This document shows positions 38,858-49,755 of a stretch of 64,000 bases of DNA, piece by piece; the first letter of the stretch is position 1, and each line of letters begins with the position of its first letter. The stretch is from assembly GCA_031411295.1 (NCBI GenBank), contig JANOAV010000202.1, forward strand, positions 1 through 64,000, written 5' to 3'. This stretch comes from Verrucomicrobiales bacterium (GTDB lineage: Bacteria; Verrucomicrobiota; Verrucomicrobiia; Verrucomicrobiales; V1-33). The translations under genes were made by a program, and so were the position numbers. Under the pieces are notes generated by a model that did no database searches, had not been told where the DNA came from, and saw only the letters and a list, made by a program, of their open reading frames with translations.

Positions 38858-40261
38858 ATGCTCACTGGCAACATGTGGTTCCTCCTCGAACTCCTCCTCT
38901 ATCTCATCCTGGCCGCCGTCATCTTTGGGTTCCTGGGCTGGTGGTTACGCGGCCTTTTTTCCTCCCCCAAGCCTGCCTCCAGTGAGGAAAAAGGCACCCA
39001 CCAATCAGCCAATTCCGATGCCAATGCGCGTGATCGGGAAAAAATCAAGAAGCTGGAAACCCAGCTCAAGAACTCAGAAAGTGCTCTCCAAGCCATCAGG
39101 TCCCAGCATGACAGCCTCCAGAAAGCTAGCGCCCCACGTGAGACGCTGGATCAGGCGCAGCAGGAAAACGCCGCCCTGAAGGAAGCCGCCGCCGCTGCGC
39201 AAAAGCAAGCCGAGGCGCTGGCGTCTGACCTCAAGCGTGCCCAAGCGACCGCAGCCACGCTGAACGCCAAAGTCAACGAAGGCAGTAAATCACAGCAAGC
39301 GGCCACTTTAGCCCTGCAAAACGATCTCGCGAAGACCAAAGAAGAACTCGCCCGCGCCAGCACCGGCGGGGCGGCCCTGGCGGATCTTAAGAAAGAGCTT
39401 GAACAGGTCCGCGAAAGCCTGGCCATGGCGAATCGCTCCAACAGCGAACTGCGCAAGAGCCAAGCCACCGCCGCCGCCGCGTTGGCCGCCTGCGAGGCCC
39501 GTCACAGCAAGGTCCAAAGCGGCGGAACGGCACTGCAGGACCTCTTCGCGCAAACCTCAGCATCCTCCGTCCCACCCGCTGCCTTAACCGCAGCGAAACA
39601 GGAACTCAAAGCCGAGGCCGATCAAGCGGCTGCCGAACAGGCCGCCAAACTAGCCGCAGAAAAAGCCGCCGCTGAACAGGCTGCCAAGCTAGCCGCAGAA
39701 AAAGCGGCAGCTGAGCAGGCCGCCAAGCTAGCCGCAGAAAGAGCCGCTGCTGAACAGGCTGCCAAGCTAGCCACAGAAAAAACCGCTGCTGAACGGGCGC
39801 AAAAGGAAGCGGCAGAAAAGATCCTTGCCGAAGCCGCTGCCAAGCTGGCAGCAGAAAAATCTGCGGCAGAGCAAGCAAGCAGGACCGCCCCACAAGCGGA
39901 GTTGCCCTTGTTTGCAGCGAATGATACGCCTGCGACAACTGCGCCTGAGACTCCCCTGAGCGGCTCCCAGATTCCCGCCGCAGCGGCAATTCTGGGGAAA
40001 CGTGTGGTGGCGGACGACCTCCTCATCGTCGAAGGTATCGGCCCCAAAATCAAAGCACTCATTGAGCAAGCAGGAGTCAACACGTGGCAACACTTAGCCG
40101 ACACCTCCGTGGAGCGGCTGCAAGAAATCCTCCAGCAAGCAGGCCCTAGTTTCGAGATCCACAACCCCGGCACCTGGCCCCGCCAGGCGGCTCTGGCCCG
40201 TGATGGCAAGTGGGAAGAACTGAAGACATGGCAAGACCAACTGGAGGGCGGTAAGGAGTAA
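38858..40261 (+). CDS. Membrane-anchored coiled-coil protein with C-terminal helix-hairpin-helix domain
   Basis: TM helix, long Ala/Glu/Lys coiled coil, then DDLLIVEGIGPKI..L...G..T...LA..W..QA.LA..G.W.EL. Confidence 0.8.
   Translation: MLTGNMWFLLELLLYLILAAVIFGFLGWWLRGLFSSPKPASSEEKGTHQSANSDANARDREKIKKLETQLKNSESALQAIRSQHDSLQKASAPRETLDQAQQENAALKEAAAAAQKQAEALASDLKRAQATAATLNAKVNEGSKSQQAATLALQNDLAKTKEELARASTGGAALADLKKELEQVRESLAMANRSNSELRKSQATAAAALAACEARHSKVQSGGTALQDLFAQTSASSVPPAALTAAKQELKAEADQAAAEQAAKLAAEKAAAEQAAKLAAEKAAAEQAAKLAAERAAAEQAAKLATEKTAAERAQKEAAEKILAEAAAKLAAEKSAAEQASRTAPQAELPLFAANDTPATTAPETPLSGSQIPAAAAILGKRVVADDLLIVEGIGPKIKALIEQAGVNTWQHLADTSVERLQEILQQAGPSFEIHNPGTWPRQAALARDGKWEELKTWQDQLEGGKE
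39620..39795 (+). repeat. 33-bp intragenic tandem repeat (AAAEQAAKLAAEK-type units)
   Basis: About 4-5 consecutive units seen in both the DNA and the translation. Confidence 0.8.
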
Positions 40262-40398
40262 GTGTCCCCTCCGCCCGCCTGTGTGGCGGTCTGGCCATCG
40301 AGCAAAGGCAACATCGGGGTGGTCGCAATTCCAAGTAACTTGCGTGCCGCCATCGGTGTGCTTAGGGTTGGTTTCGACCGCCTTCTCCCCTTCCCCTG

Positions 40399-42360
40399 AT
40401 GCCCACCCTCCGCTTTCGCAGTAAATTGATCCTGGCCATGACGCTTGTCGTCCTGGGGGTAACGACGGTCATGCTGGTAATCACGCGGGATCGGATTCAA
40501 GAAGCGTATGCCAAAGTATTTTCGGACCAGTTTCAGACCCAACTGGATTTCGTAACCGAGCGGCAGCAGCAACGGTTGGAGGAATTGGCAGACGTCTGTG
40601 AGCAGGCGGCTAAATCCCCCGCGTTCCTCAAGGCTTTCACGAGCGAGGATCCCGGATCTTCTCCCAAGGAGGCGGAGGCGGAAATCTTTCGCCTGGCGAC
40701 GACCTCGACGCCACATCTGCCAGACTCGAAGACTGGCTTGCTGCAAGGATTGCTGCCCGAGGTGCCCCCAGTCCCCAGTCTCTTGGTGCCAAAGAATCCA
40801 GCGAAGGAGAGCCGCGGCCCCCTGCGCAGGTTGTTGAATCAAGAGGTATCGGTCATTGTGCTCGATAGTAGAGGCGCGGAAATCATGCGCAGCGAAGGCG
40901 GGCGGCCTTTGGGCAAAGAGGCAAAGCGGCTGGGGACGACTGATCCACGACGGCCAGAGGTGAAATTTACCGAAGAGAGCTTGGTGCGGTTGGTGAGATC
41001 CAGACGGGCGGACCGTCCGCGGGAACAGCAGACTGGGTTTACAGTGATCGGGGACGATAACCTGAAGGAATTAGTGATTACCCCCATTCGTGCAATTGGC
41101 TCGCCCGACGATGCCCCTCCGTTGGGAGCCTTGCTGGTGGCCCTGTCATTTAGTAGTATGGAGGACTTTTCCAAGTCGGTGTTCGGGGAACATTCTGAGT
41201 TGGGATCCCTGCAAAGCGGGCTGTGGCTCAAAGGGAAAATTTTCAGCAAGAGCATTCCAGCGGACGTGGCCCAGCAGTTGGCGCAACGCATCACCCAGGA
41301 GCGGGCCGCAAGGTCCAAGAGTGATAGCCTGTTGGCGCTGGACATTGGCGGGGTGCCGCACCGGGCGATTTACCGGGAGCTGGATCCGGAGTCTCCGATT
41401 CCCGGCATTCCAGCCTATCAAGTGGGGCTCTTTTCCATGAAAGAAGCCGCAGCGGAGCAGGCCAGGCTCTTCCATATCATTCTGGCTTCCGGCGCCTTTG
41501 CCCTGGCGGGGGCCTTGATCGCGATTCTCTTTCTCTCCCGCGGGCTGGCCAAGCCCCTGCATGATCTGGTTGCGGGCACGAAGGAGATTCGGGAAGGAAA
41601 TTTCAACGTGCGGGTAAAGGTGTCAGGCACCGATGAATTGGGGCAACTCAGCGCGGCATTTAATGAGATGGCGAAGGATCTGGCCTTGAATCAGAAATAT
41701 CACACCGTGCTGACGCAGGTGGCAGACAAGGGAATCGCCCGCGCCTTGATGCGCGGGGAAGTGACGTTGGGCGGGGAATTGCGGAAAGTTAGCGTGCTCT
41801 TCTGCGACATCCGCGGATTCACCAGCCTAACCGAAGGGATGCCGCCGCAAGAGGTGGTGCATTTGCTGAACGAGCACATGACTGCGATGACGGAGTTGGT
41901 GCACCAATATCATGGGGTAGTGGATAAGTTTGTGGGGGATTTGATCATGGCGATCTTCGGAGCGCCAGTGACCCGGCCAGATGATGTGGTGAACGCCGCG
42001 CGCTGCGCGCTGGCCATGCAGGCGGCACGCGCAGCACTGAATCGGACTTCGAGTCATCGCTTTGATACCGGGATCGGGATTGCGACTGGGGTCTCGCTGG
42101 TAGGTTGCATGGGGAGCATCCATCGACTGGACTACACGGTCCTCGGAGAGCGGGTGAATCTGGCCTCACGGCTCTGCAGTGCGGCAGCTCCGCAGGAAAT
42201 TTTGTTGGATGAAACGACCGTGGCGGAGCTGGGAGCACTCGCCCTAACGGAGCCTTTGGGAGAACTTCAACTCAAAGGCTTTTCGGAAACACCCCGTGCC
42301 TGGCGCCTGTTGGAAGCTACTCCCAGCCCGCCGCTGTTCCCCCTGGAGTCACCGTTATAA
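40399..42360 (+). CDS. Class III adenylate/guanylate cyclase with periplasmic sensor and HAMP domain
   Basis: Two TM helices, HAMP DELGQL..AFNEM, VLFCDIRGFT, DKFVGD and DYTVLGERVNLASRL. Confidence 0.93.
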   Translation: MPTLRFRSKLILAMTLVVLGVTTVMLVITRDRIQEAYAKVFSDQFQTQLDFVTERQQQRLEELADVCEQAAKSPAFLKAFTSEDPGSSPKEAEAEIFRLATTSTPHLPDSKTGLLQGLLPEVPPVPSLLVPKNPAKESRGPLRRLLNQEVSVIVLDSRGAEIMRSEGGRPLGKEAKRLGTTDPRRPEVKFTEESLVRLVRSRRADRPREQQTGFTVIGDDNLKELVITPIRAIGSPDDAPPLGALLVALSFSSMEDFSKSVFGEHSELGSLQSGLWLKGKIFSKSIPADVAQQLAQRITQERAARSKSDSLLALDIGGVPHRAIYRELDPESPIPGIPAYQVGLFSMKEAAAEQARLFHIILASGAFALAGALIAILFLSRGLAKPLHDLVAGTKEIREGNFNVRVKVSGTDELGQLSAAFNEMAKDLALNQKYHTVLTQVADKGIARALMRGEVTLGGELRKVSVLFCDIRGFTSLTEGMPPQEVVHLLNEHMTAMTELVHQYHGVVDKFVGDLIMAIFGAPVTRPDDVVNAARCALAMQAARAALNRTSSHRFDTGIGIATGVSLVGCMGSIHRLDYTVLGERVNLASRLCSAAAPQEILLDETTVAELGALALTEPLGELQLKGFSETPRAWRLLEATPSPPLFPLESPL

Positions 42361-42492
42361 ACCCGACGCACGACTTGCGGAAAGACGTTCCGGATAAAAC
42401 ATGCAGCAACTTCGAAAATCTTCTTGCAAAAGTCAGTTGGGACCGCATCTTGCCGACCTGTTTGCCACCTCGGCAATTCAGCACATGGTCAA

Positions 42493-42567
42493 TCCTGAGT
42501 AGCTCAGCGGCAGAGCGGGTGGCTGTTAACCACTAGGTCGTAGGTTCGATCCCTACCTCAGGAGCCA
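42493..42567 (+). tRNA. tRNA-Asn(GTT)
   Basis: TCCTGAG/CTCAGGA acceptor stem, anticodon loop CT-GTT-AA, GGTTCGATCC T-arm and encoded CCA. Confidence 0.97.
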
Positions 42568-42577
42568 ATGTTTCCCC

Positions 42578-42604
42578 GCCAGTCAGCAGACTGGCCTTTT
42601 TTTT
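42578..42604 (+). terminator. Intrinsic terminator after tRNA-Asn
   Basis: GCCAGTC-AGCA-GACTGGC followed by a T8 run. Confidence 0.85.
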
Positions 42605-42627
42605 GCTCGCGCCAAGCGCTGTTTCGG

Positions 42628-43608
42628 TCAGGGCACGCTAGCCTTGAGGCGAATAAAACGTTTCGGAGCTGATCCCTCGGCGGTGCGATCTCTCACTTCG
42701 AGGAGATCACTGTTACTCGGAAGGACTTCCACATCAGCGGCGGCGGAGCTCCAACTTTGCAAGTTGCTCGACACTTCGATGGACATGGTCGCCTGGCTGT
42801 AGCCACAGCGGGGCGCACTGAGCTTCAAATAACGACTAGCCCCCACGGTATGCCAACTTAACGTTGGCACCCAGACTCGAGTGGCGAGCATGGGGTCGCG
42901 GCCCATGGCATATTCCAACAGATTATTCATGCCGTCGTGGTCAGGATCTGCATTCCACCCGGAAATGGCAGCATTGGATAATTCGTCAACGCTGAAAACC
43001 AAGGATTTCCATGCATTAGGAGAAATCGTCGGAATCGGGGCACTCCCGACTGCAGCCATTTTCATGTTGAACCCGGCCCCGTTCACCTGCCCCACCGTGA
43101 GGTTGGTGGCATCGGCCATGCTCCAACTCAACGGGGTGCCGGGATTTCCTGGGATAACTACCGGCCACTTCCAAGTCGGGGCGCTGGCGAGGATCCACTG
43201 CCCATTGGAAGTCGAGCAATTGTGTCCCCAAATATAGCCGAACCGATTGGTCGCATACGGAGTCGCATTGCTCACCAGTTCATACGTGCCCCCAGCGAAG
43301 CCATTGGCAGGAATTCCGGGCACGAGTGGTTTGATATTGTAAATCGATCTCTGTGCAGGAACCCAATTCGCGGCCCACTGGGCGGTATTGGCACTGGTGG
43401 GAATGAATGCCCCCGTGAAAGCTCCCAGCTCAAATACCCATGAATCATCGATGGGCTGCCCGGTGCTGGTGAGGTCGATTCCCAAATAGGGACTGCTCCA
43501 AGTCACTGAAGCTCCCGACGCCACAATTTGCAGCCCGAACCACGCGGCGAGGATCGTCAGTGCGGTGATGAGACGATGCCGAATGGACGAGCGAAGCGCA
43601 GGGAACAC
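42628..43608 (-). CDS. Exported protein with C-terminal DxDxDG..LLEYA.G.DP / RFIRL domain
   Basis: Signal-like N-terminus; N-domain paralogous to 43667-44362; C-terminal DPDHDGMNNLLEYAMGRDP..SSNLQSW..KRFIRLKA. Confidence 0.75.
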   Translation of the reverse strand: MFPALRSSIRHRLITALTILAAWFGLQIVASGASVTWSSPYLGIDLTSTGQPIDDSWVFELGAFTGAFIPTSANTAQWAANWVPAQRSIYNIKPLVPGIPANGFAGGTYELVSNATPYATNRFGYIWGHNCSTSNGQWILASAPTWKWPVVIPGNPGTPLSWSMADATNLTVGQVNGAGFNMKMAAVGSAPIPTISPNAWKSLVFSVDELSNAAISGWNADPDHDGMNNLLEYAMGRDPMLATRVWVPTLSWHTVGASRYLKLSAPRCGYSQATMSIEVSSNLQSWSSAAADVEVLPSNSDLLEVRDRTAEGSAPKRFIRLKASVP

Positions 43609-43666
43609 TTGAAGCGGGGGGGAAGAAATTAAGCGTGGGCTCCGCGTGCTCGCCCTGCCGAAGATT

Positions 43667-44362
43667 TTATTTTCTCCGACGCGCCAAGCAGCTCAGACTG
43701 GCCACCACTAGCAACATGGCGCTGCCGGGCTCAGGCACAAAACTGTGCGTCTGGAATGAAAAGGATGATGAAGGTGGCTCGAACCTGCCGCCACCCGTGG
43801 ATGTCGGCGTTCCGCCAAATGGAGTTGCGTTCACATCCGGAGTGAACATGAATTGCGGGAGGACTTGCTGGCTGCCCGGCCCACTGGGCAGAACCCAGTC
43901 GGGGTTTTGGGGATCAACACTCCCCATTCGGGTATAAACTCCCCACTCCGTGGTCGCGTCCATCGCAGTATTATTGTAGATCCAGATGTAAACCTGCTCC
44001 CCTTGTTCAAACGTGGCCGATGGTGGGGGGACATCACCCACGGAAGGGCTCCAGTTACTCGTGCCAGCATTATACACCAAGGTAGCCGTGTCGGTAAAAA
44101 GTCGGGTGACAGTGTTGTAGTTGGTCGAGTCCAGCAGCTTCCAGTTATCGCGCCACAGCGGAATATTCGATTCGTCAGGAATGAAGCTGCTGCTTAAACC
44201 GTTGAATGTTCCCAGTTCAAAATGGAACGTATTGTCGAGCGGGGTGCCAGTGCTGGAGAGTGCAGTGCTATAGGGTTCACTTCCCCATTCGATGGAGTTA
44301 GCACGGCTAATCGCTCCTGCGAAAAGGAAGAATCCGAAAAAAACGAAGGCGGAATATCTCAT
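43667..44362 (-). CDS. PEP-CTERM sorting-domain protein
   Basis: Signal peptide and C-terminal VPEPGSAMLLVVASLSCLARRRK. Confidence 0.9.
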   Translation of the reverse strand: MRYSAFVFFGFFLFAGAISRANSIEWGSEPYSTALSSTGTPLDNTFHFELGTFNGLSSSFIPDESNIPLWRDNWKLLDSTNYNTVTRLFTDTATLVYNAGTSNWSPSVGDVPPPSATFEQGEQVYIWIYNNTAMDATTEWGVYTRMGSVDPQNPDWVLPSGPGSQQVLPQFMFTPDVNATPFGGTPTSTGGGRFEPPSSSFSFQTHSFVPEPGSAMLLVVASLSCLARRRK

Positions 44363-44720
44363 AATTATAATTAACATACTAAAAATCTTCACATCTTCAA
44401 CAATTTTTTTAATAAAAGTTGATTTTCAACATTATTACTTTTAATTCTTAATAATTATGATTCAACTCATTTTCGCGATGATTAGGCTAGCGATGTCTCA
44501 TCGACCGGAAACGGGGGTTTAAAATTGGGGCCAAGGAAGGCTTGAAGCCGGAAACGAATATTTTAATGGAGCCTGGGGGTGATAGGTCTGACCAGATTTA
44601 GGGGGACCTCGAGCGCTTTTCCAAATCCCTCGTTCGTTTCTCGTTGCAAGAAGAGCCTTGTGCGCTAGAATCCGCGCTCCCCATCCCCATCCGCCAACTA
44701 ACTGATTTAACCTCCTCCGT

Positions 44721-46805
44721 ATGCTGCAACTTCTTGCCACTAATGATTTCCTAATAACGAACGGCTTACCACTATCCTTGGGTTTGGGTGTGTTGGGCCT
44801 GCTCGTCGCCTTTGTTTTAATCCTTAAAATCCGCAAACTCTCGGACGGCAATGATGCGATGCGAGAAGTGGCAGGAGCCGTGCAAGAAGGCGCCAAGGCG
44901 TATTTAGGACGGCAAATTAAGGCCATCAGCCTGATTGCGCTGGTGCTGCTGGTGCTGCTCATCGCTTGGAAGAAATCTGCCGCCATCCCGCTGGGATTTC
45001 TCACTGGGGCGGTTTGCTCTTTGATTAGCGGTTATGTCGGGATGCGAGTGGCGGTTATCACCAATGTGCGGACGACCCAAGCTGCTTCCGAAAACGCCAC
45101 CAAGGCCCTGCGGGTTGCCTTCAATGGCGGAGCGGTGACTGGCTTGCTGGTCGTGGGGCTCGCCTTGCTCAGCGTAGGCATTAGCTACTGGGCACTGAGC
45201 CGTGGCGGGGATAAATCCCAAGCGGTGGACAGTTTAATTGGTCTGGCGTTGGGTGCGAGCTTAATCAGCGTATTTGCCCGTCTGGGTGGTGGAATTTATA
45301 CCAAAGCAGCGGATGTGGGTGCGGATTTGGTGGGGAAAGTGGAATCTGATTTAAATGAAGACGATCCCCGGAACCCTGCCACCATCGCGGATAACGTGGG
45401 TGACAACGTGGGCGATTGTGCCGGCATGGCCGCAGATGTGTTCGAAACTTATGCGGTAAGTTTGATTGGAGCGTTGCTGATCGGCTTCCTGCAATTGAAA
45501 GACTCGGCGGCTTTGGAGGGGGCCATGGCCTATCCCTTTGTGATCGGCGGCATTTCGGTAATCGGAGCCGTGCTGGGCATCGCTTGGATTAACATTCGCA
45601 ATGGAGCCAGCGCCACCCGCACCTTGGTGGAAGGCGTGGCGGTCAGTGGGATCGTTTCCGCGCTGCTTTATTGGCCAGCCACCACGATGTTGCTGCCAGA
45701 GTCCATCACCATCAATGGACACGCTTATTCCAACCTGCAAATTTACTGCGCCGCGCTGGTTGGCTTGCTCATGACAGGCGCGGTGGTCATGATTACCAAT
45801 TACTACACTTCCACGGCCCACGCCCCCGTGCGTAAGATTGCCAAAGCCTCCGAAACCGGCCATGCCACCAACATCATTGCTGGTCTCGTGGTAGGAAACA
45901 TGGCTACCGCCGCTCCGGTGATCCTCATCGCTCTCGCCATCTTCGCCAGTTACTCCTGTGGCGATCTCTTCGGAGTCGCCACCGCCGTCATGTCGATGCT
46001 TTCCATGGCCGGCATCATCATTTCCCTCGATGCCTTCGGTCCCATCACCGACAACGCGGGCGGTATCGCAGTGATGGCTGGATTGCCCGACAAGGTTCGG
46101 GAAACCACCGATGCACTGGATGCCGTCGGCAACACCATGAAAGCCGTCACCAAAGGCTACGCCATCGCTTCCGCTGGCTTGGCCGCGTTGGTGCTGTTTG
46201 GTTCGTATTATTTGGAACTGGAAAGACATATGGGTATTCCCATGGCGTTCTCATTGAAAAATCCGAACGTGCTCATCGGCATGTTTATCGGAGGCTTACT
46301 ACCCTTTATCTTCAGCGCCTTCGCGATGAGTGCGGTGGAAAAAGCCGCTGCGGCGGTTGTGCTCGAAGTGCGTCGCCAAAAGAAAGAGCGTCCCGGCATC
46401 ATGGACGGCAGTCAGAAGCCAGACTACGCCGCCTGTGTGAGTATCGTGACCTCTGCCGCCCTGCGGGAAATGATCATTCCAGCCCTCCTGCCAGTGGTGG
46501 CCGTGCTGGTGGTTGCCTCCATCAAACCCCTTGGACCAGAAGCTCTGGGCGGGATGCTCGTAGGAACCATCGTTACGGGTCTCTTCGTCGGGATTTCCAT
46601 GACCTCCAGTGGTGGGGCTTGGGATAACGCCAAGAAATTCATCGAAGAAGGCAACCACGGCGGCAAACATAGCGATGCTCACAAAGCTTCCGTAACGGGC
46701 GATACCGTGGGAGATCCCTACAAAGACACCTCCGGCCCAGCCATCAACCCGATGATTAAAGTGGTCAACATCGTGGCCATCCTCACCATCGAACTCTTCT
46801 GGTAG
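44721..46805 (+). CDS. hppA: Membrane-bound H+-translocating pyrophosphatase (K+-independent type)
   Basis: [45 protein letters not shown] (Lys determinant) and [14 protein letters not shown]. Confidence 0.95.
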   Translation: MLQLLATNDFLITNGLPLSLGLGVLGLLVAFVLILKIRKLSDGNDAMREVAGAVQEGAKAYLGRQIKAISLIALVLLVLLIAWKKSAAIPLGFLTGAVCSLISGYVGMRVAVITNVRTTQAASENATKALRVAFNGGAVTGLLVVGLALLSVGISYWALSRGGDKSQAVDSLIGLALGASLISVFARLGGGIYTKAADVGADLVGKVESDLNEDDPRNPATIADNVGDNVGDCAGMAADVFETYAVSLIGALLIGFLQLKDSAALEGAMAYPFVIGGISVIGAVLGIAWINIRNGASATRTLVEGVAVSGIVSALLYWPATTMLLPESITINGHAYSNLQIYCAALVGLLMTGAVVMITNYYTSTAHAPVRKIAKASETGHATNIIAGLVVGNMATAAPVILIALAIFASYSCGDLFGVATAVMSMLSMAGIIISLDAFGPITDNAGGIAVMAGLPDKVRETTDALDAVGNTMKAVTKGYAIASAGLAALVLFGSYYLELERHMGIPMAFSLKNPNVLIGMFIGGLLPFIFSAFAMSAVEKAAAAVVLEVRRQKKERPGIMDGSQKPDYAACVSIVTSAALREMIIPALLPVVAVLVVASIKPLGPEALGGMLVGTIVTGLFVGISMTSSGGAWDNAKKFIEEGNHGGKHSDAHKASVTGDTVGDPYKDTSGPAINPMIKVVNIVAILTIELFW

Positions 46806-46854
46806 CACCGGACGCGGGAGTCCCCACTGCCGGAACCCCTCGCTCAAGCCCACC

Positions 46855-47592
46855 ATGGTCCGATCTCTTACCTGGCTGGCCATGCTCGTGGCCACCACAG
46901 GGGCCCGCGCGGAGCTTGCGCCTGCTCAACTTGCAGGAGCAGCTGCTCCGCCTGCGGAAACCTTCATACTAACTTCGGGAGGTAAGCGTTTTGTCGTTTC
47001 CCATCCGCAGGAGGAGATTCGAGTGGAACTCATTTCCGCTGAGGCCAAACTCACACCGCTCCTCTCCGCCAAACCTCCCGTGGCCGAGACTTCCCCCATC
47101 CTGGCTGATGATGCCGCCAAGCTCCCGAAGCTGGGCGGAGCTGCCATCTGGCAGAACCAACTGGTGTGCTGCCTGACGCGGGAATCCGCCCTCCTCTTCA
47201 TCGACCTCAAGGCCGCCCGCATCACCTCCCGCCAATCCCTTCCGGACTTTACCGCTCCCAGAGCTGCGGCGTATGATCCAACCGGCCGACTCTGGATGTT
47301 CAGTGGCAACAGCCTTACGGAAATAGCCATCACCAGCGACGGACACTTCAATCCGATCCATCACGAGGGTAACTTTGATCAACCAGAACACTTGGCCATT
47401 ACCGCGGAGGGTAAATTTTACGTAGCAGAACATGGCGCTCAGCCTCGGCTGGGAATCCTTTCAGCTGAACGTAAACCGCTCCAGAGCATCGCGTTCGCCA
47501 AGGGGGAATGGTGCGCAGCCATCACCATGAATGGAGCGGAGCCGTGCGTTTGGCTGAATTCAGCGAAACGGTTTGCCCTCCCTAAGAAATAA
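46855..47592 (+). CDS. Exported hypothetical protein, beta-propeller/NHL-like
   Basis: Signal peptide; PRAAAYDPTGRLW and FDQPEHLAITAEGKFYVAE repeats. Confidence 0.6.
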   Translation: MVRSLTWLAMLVATTGARAELAPAQLAGAAAPPAETFILTSGGKRFVVSHPQEEIRVELISAEAKLTPLLSAKPPVAETSPILADDAAKLPKLGGAAIWQNQLVCCLTRESALLFIDLKAARITSRQSLPDFTAPRAAAYDPTGRLWMFSGNSLTEIAITSDGHFNPIHHEGNFDQPEHLAITAEGKFYVAEHGAQPRLGILSAERKPLQSIAFAKGEWCAAITMNGAEPCVWLNSAKRFALPKK

Positions 47593-48319
47593 AACGTCTA
47601 GCAAGAATGACGCCGATCAGCGTCAACGCTATAATAACAATAGTGACTCCAAGATGAGTTCGCTGACCCGCTGCTTCGGCCGTCGAAGCTGCCTCCTGTT
47701 TAATGTTGGTTGGTTCTGGGTGCGCTCTATCCAAAATCCGCTTGATTGAAGCCTGGACATTAGCGTCTTTATAGTTTCCCCTCGTGATCATGGGCACAAT
47801 CACATTGGTAAAATGGTCATCTGGGTATTTAAAATCAGGTGATGGCAATGTATACTCGATTCTGGTCCGGTCCGTTGACCTTATCTCCATAGCTCCAGCA
47901 GCATCAGTAACAATTTGTAAGTTGGATAGCAATAAGCCTTCTGCTCCGAACTCTACATCCCCCCAACCCACGTCAATCTCAAAGGAAGTGTTTGGTTTGC
48001 GTAAAAAAAATGGCTTATCTATTAAGAAGCTACAGCGCTGAGCCTCCCCGACAGAAAGAACTTGGCTTCCTCCATGCAAGCCATCGTCCAATATCCTTTT
48101 TTTGGGTAGGCCAGATGAGCCATCCCAGAAATGGAATCCACGGAATATCCCCGTTTGATACGAGATTTTGTGACCTGTGTTATTTTTTATGCTAACTTCA
48201 ATCTTGTTCTCGACCTGCGTAACCTCTATATCTAAAGGGGCACCGTTGATATAGGTGCCAGCTATGAAGAGTAACCAAATCCAAACAGAAAAATTACCGC
48301 CCTTAAAATTCGTTGTCAT
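47582..48319 (-). CDS. Hypothetical exported protein with C-terminal TM anchor (paralog of 49756-50544)
   Basis: AT-rich; signal, Ig-like core with WGD motif, C-terminal hydrophobic helix plus RR. Confidence 0.7.
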   Translation of the reverse strand: MTTNFKGGNFSVWIWLLFIAGTYINGAPLDIEVTQVENKIEVSIKNNTGHKISYQTGIFRGFHFWDGSSGLPKKRILDDGLHGGSQVLSVGEAQRCSFLIDKPFFLRKPNTSFEIDVGWGDVEFGAEGLLLSNLQIVTDAAGAMEIRSTDRTRIEYTLPSPDFKYPDDHFTNVIVPMITRGNYKDANVQASIKRILDRAHPEPTNIKQEAASTAEAAGQRTHLGVTIVIIALTLIGVILARRFIS

Positions 48320-48596
48320 CGCTAGGGATACGCTGGTGATAGGGAAGCATGCCAGAGTCCGCCATGGTTGGTGATTAGCGCGGCGGGTTCTTTTTCTAAG
48401 TGCGAATGAGTGCGCCACGAAGGGATTCTCAATGTAAGGCCCTTGGACCTCCGTGTCAAACCATCTCATCATCGCACGTGGTGATCGGTTGGAACTGCTG
48501 TCCTCCAAAGTCGGGCTCTACGCGCGGGTAATTCTCCTCGGCTGTCCTTCCCACTGGGCGCGGTCCTGCCCAGTGAGCGATTTGCTGCCGGGGCGA

Positions 48597-49673
48597 TCAT
48601 TTCTTTCCTGGCGTCGCCTTTTTGGCATTTGCTGCTGCGGCAGTTCCTTTGACTTGGGCGGTCATTTGGAGTTTTAGATTGGCATCAGTCAGCACTTCCA
48701 GCCAGCCGAGCGCGCCTTCCAAATTGGTCGCTGCCATGGTCTTGGCGATGCCGCAGATCACGGCTTCGGCTCCGGGGGAGTCGGCGTGTTCGATGACCCA
48801 ATTGGAAACTTCGTCGATGCTCTTTTTGGCCCATAGTTCGGCTACCGCTTGGGGCGCTTGCTTGACGCGGGTGGGTTCCAGGGTGTTGAAGGCCACGGCC
48901 CATTCCAATGCTTTGGCAGGGTCTTTTTCCGCCCATGCGAGTGCGGCGGATTTGACTCCTTCCAAATTCAGGTATTTTTGCCCACCATGCGCCAGCAGCC
49001 ATTGGCAGGTTGCTTCTGGTTTTCCTTCTAGCGTAGCAGCACCCTGGCGGATGCGGATGACTTCTCCGAAGAGCTTTCTTGGCCCCTCCGCATCTTTTCC
49101 CAGTTTCTCAGACCAAGCTGCTACGAACTTGGCGGACGCATTGAAATCCACGGCAATCGTCAACGCCCGCACGGCATCTCCACCCACGCGTTGTTGCACC
49201 CAGTCCGGTGCACTTAGGAAGAATTTGGTGACTTCATCCGCGCTCTTTTGGGAAAGCCCCCAGACCAAGGCTCCCGCCAGTTGGTTCTTCATTTCTCCGC
49301 CAGCCAATCCCTCCCACCAGGCTTTGGCCCCAGCTGGATCTTGCGCAGCCCAACCGACAAGCCCGCGCCAGCACTTGGTAAATTTGCCTGTGGCAGCTTC
49401 TTCTGCTTTCCACGTTTCCAAGGCATCTTTGCCTGCAACTTCGCCAATGCGAGTCAATGCCAGTTCCCATTGTTCAGTGAACGTGGCTCCGGTCTGGATC
49501 GTTTGTTGGGTGCAGCCTTCCAAATAATCCCGCCAATTCGCCTTGGTCATCGCTTTCATGGACTCGGAGAACTTTGCCCAGCGTTGGATTTCGTTGGGCA
49601 TACCGAGGAGAGGGGGGGCGGCAAAGTCAAGAATAGCAGTGTATAGCCAGAGCAGCGTTAAATTTGGCAACAT
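48597..49673 (-). CDS. Hypothetical alpha-helical repeat protein
   Basis: Repeated WA..DP..A..W motifs. Confidence 0.7.
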   Translation of the reverse strand: MLPNLTLLWLYTAILDFAAPPLLGMPNEIQRWAKFSESMKAMTKANWRDYLEGCTQQTIQTGATFTEQWELALTRIGEVAGKDALETWKAEEAATGKFTKCWRGLVGWAAQDPAGAKAWWEGLAGGEMKNQLAGALVWGLSQKSADEVTKFFLSAPDWVQQRVGGDAVRALTIAVDFNASAKFVAAWSEKLGKDAEGPRKLFGEVIRIRQGAATLEGKPEATCQWLLAHGGQKYLNLEGVKSAALAWAEKDPAKALEWAVAFNTLEPTRVKQAPQAVAELWAKKSIDEVSNWVIEHADSPGAEAVICGIAKTMAATNLEGALGWLEVLTDANLKLQMTAQVKGTAAAANAKKATPGKK

Positions 49674-49755
49674 GATGCGGAGATAGAGAAAAGGCACTGT
49701 TCGTGGATATTGAAAGGGTCCTTAGAATACTGAATTAGTGCTGGAGTAAGCACAA

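Noticed and set aside
39622..40842. 406-aa minus-strand ORF
   Set aside because: Antisense shadow of the Ala-rich repeat gene and the cyclase.
42493..44480. Genomic island integrated at tRNA-Asn (or at tRNA-Pro)
   Set aside because: No integrase and no duplicated tRNA 3' end found in the window.
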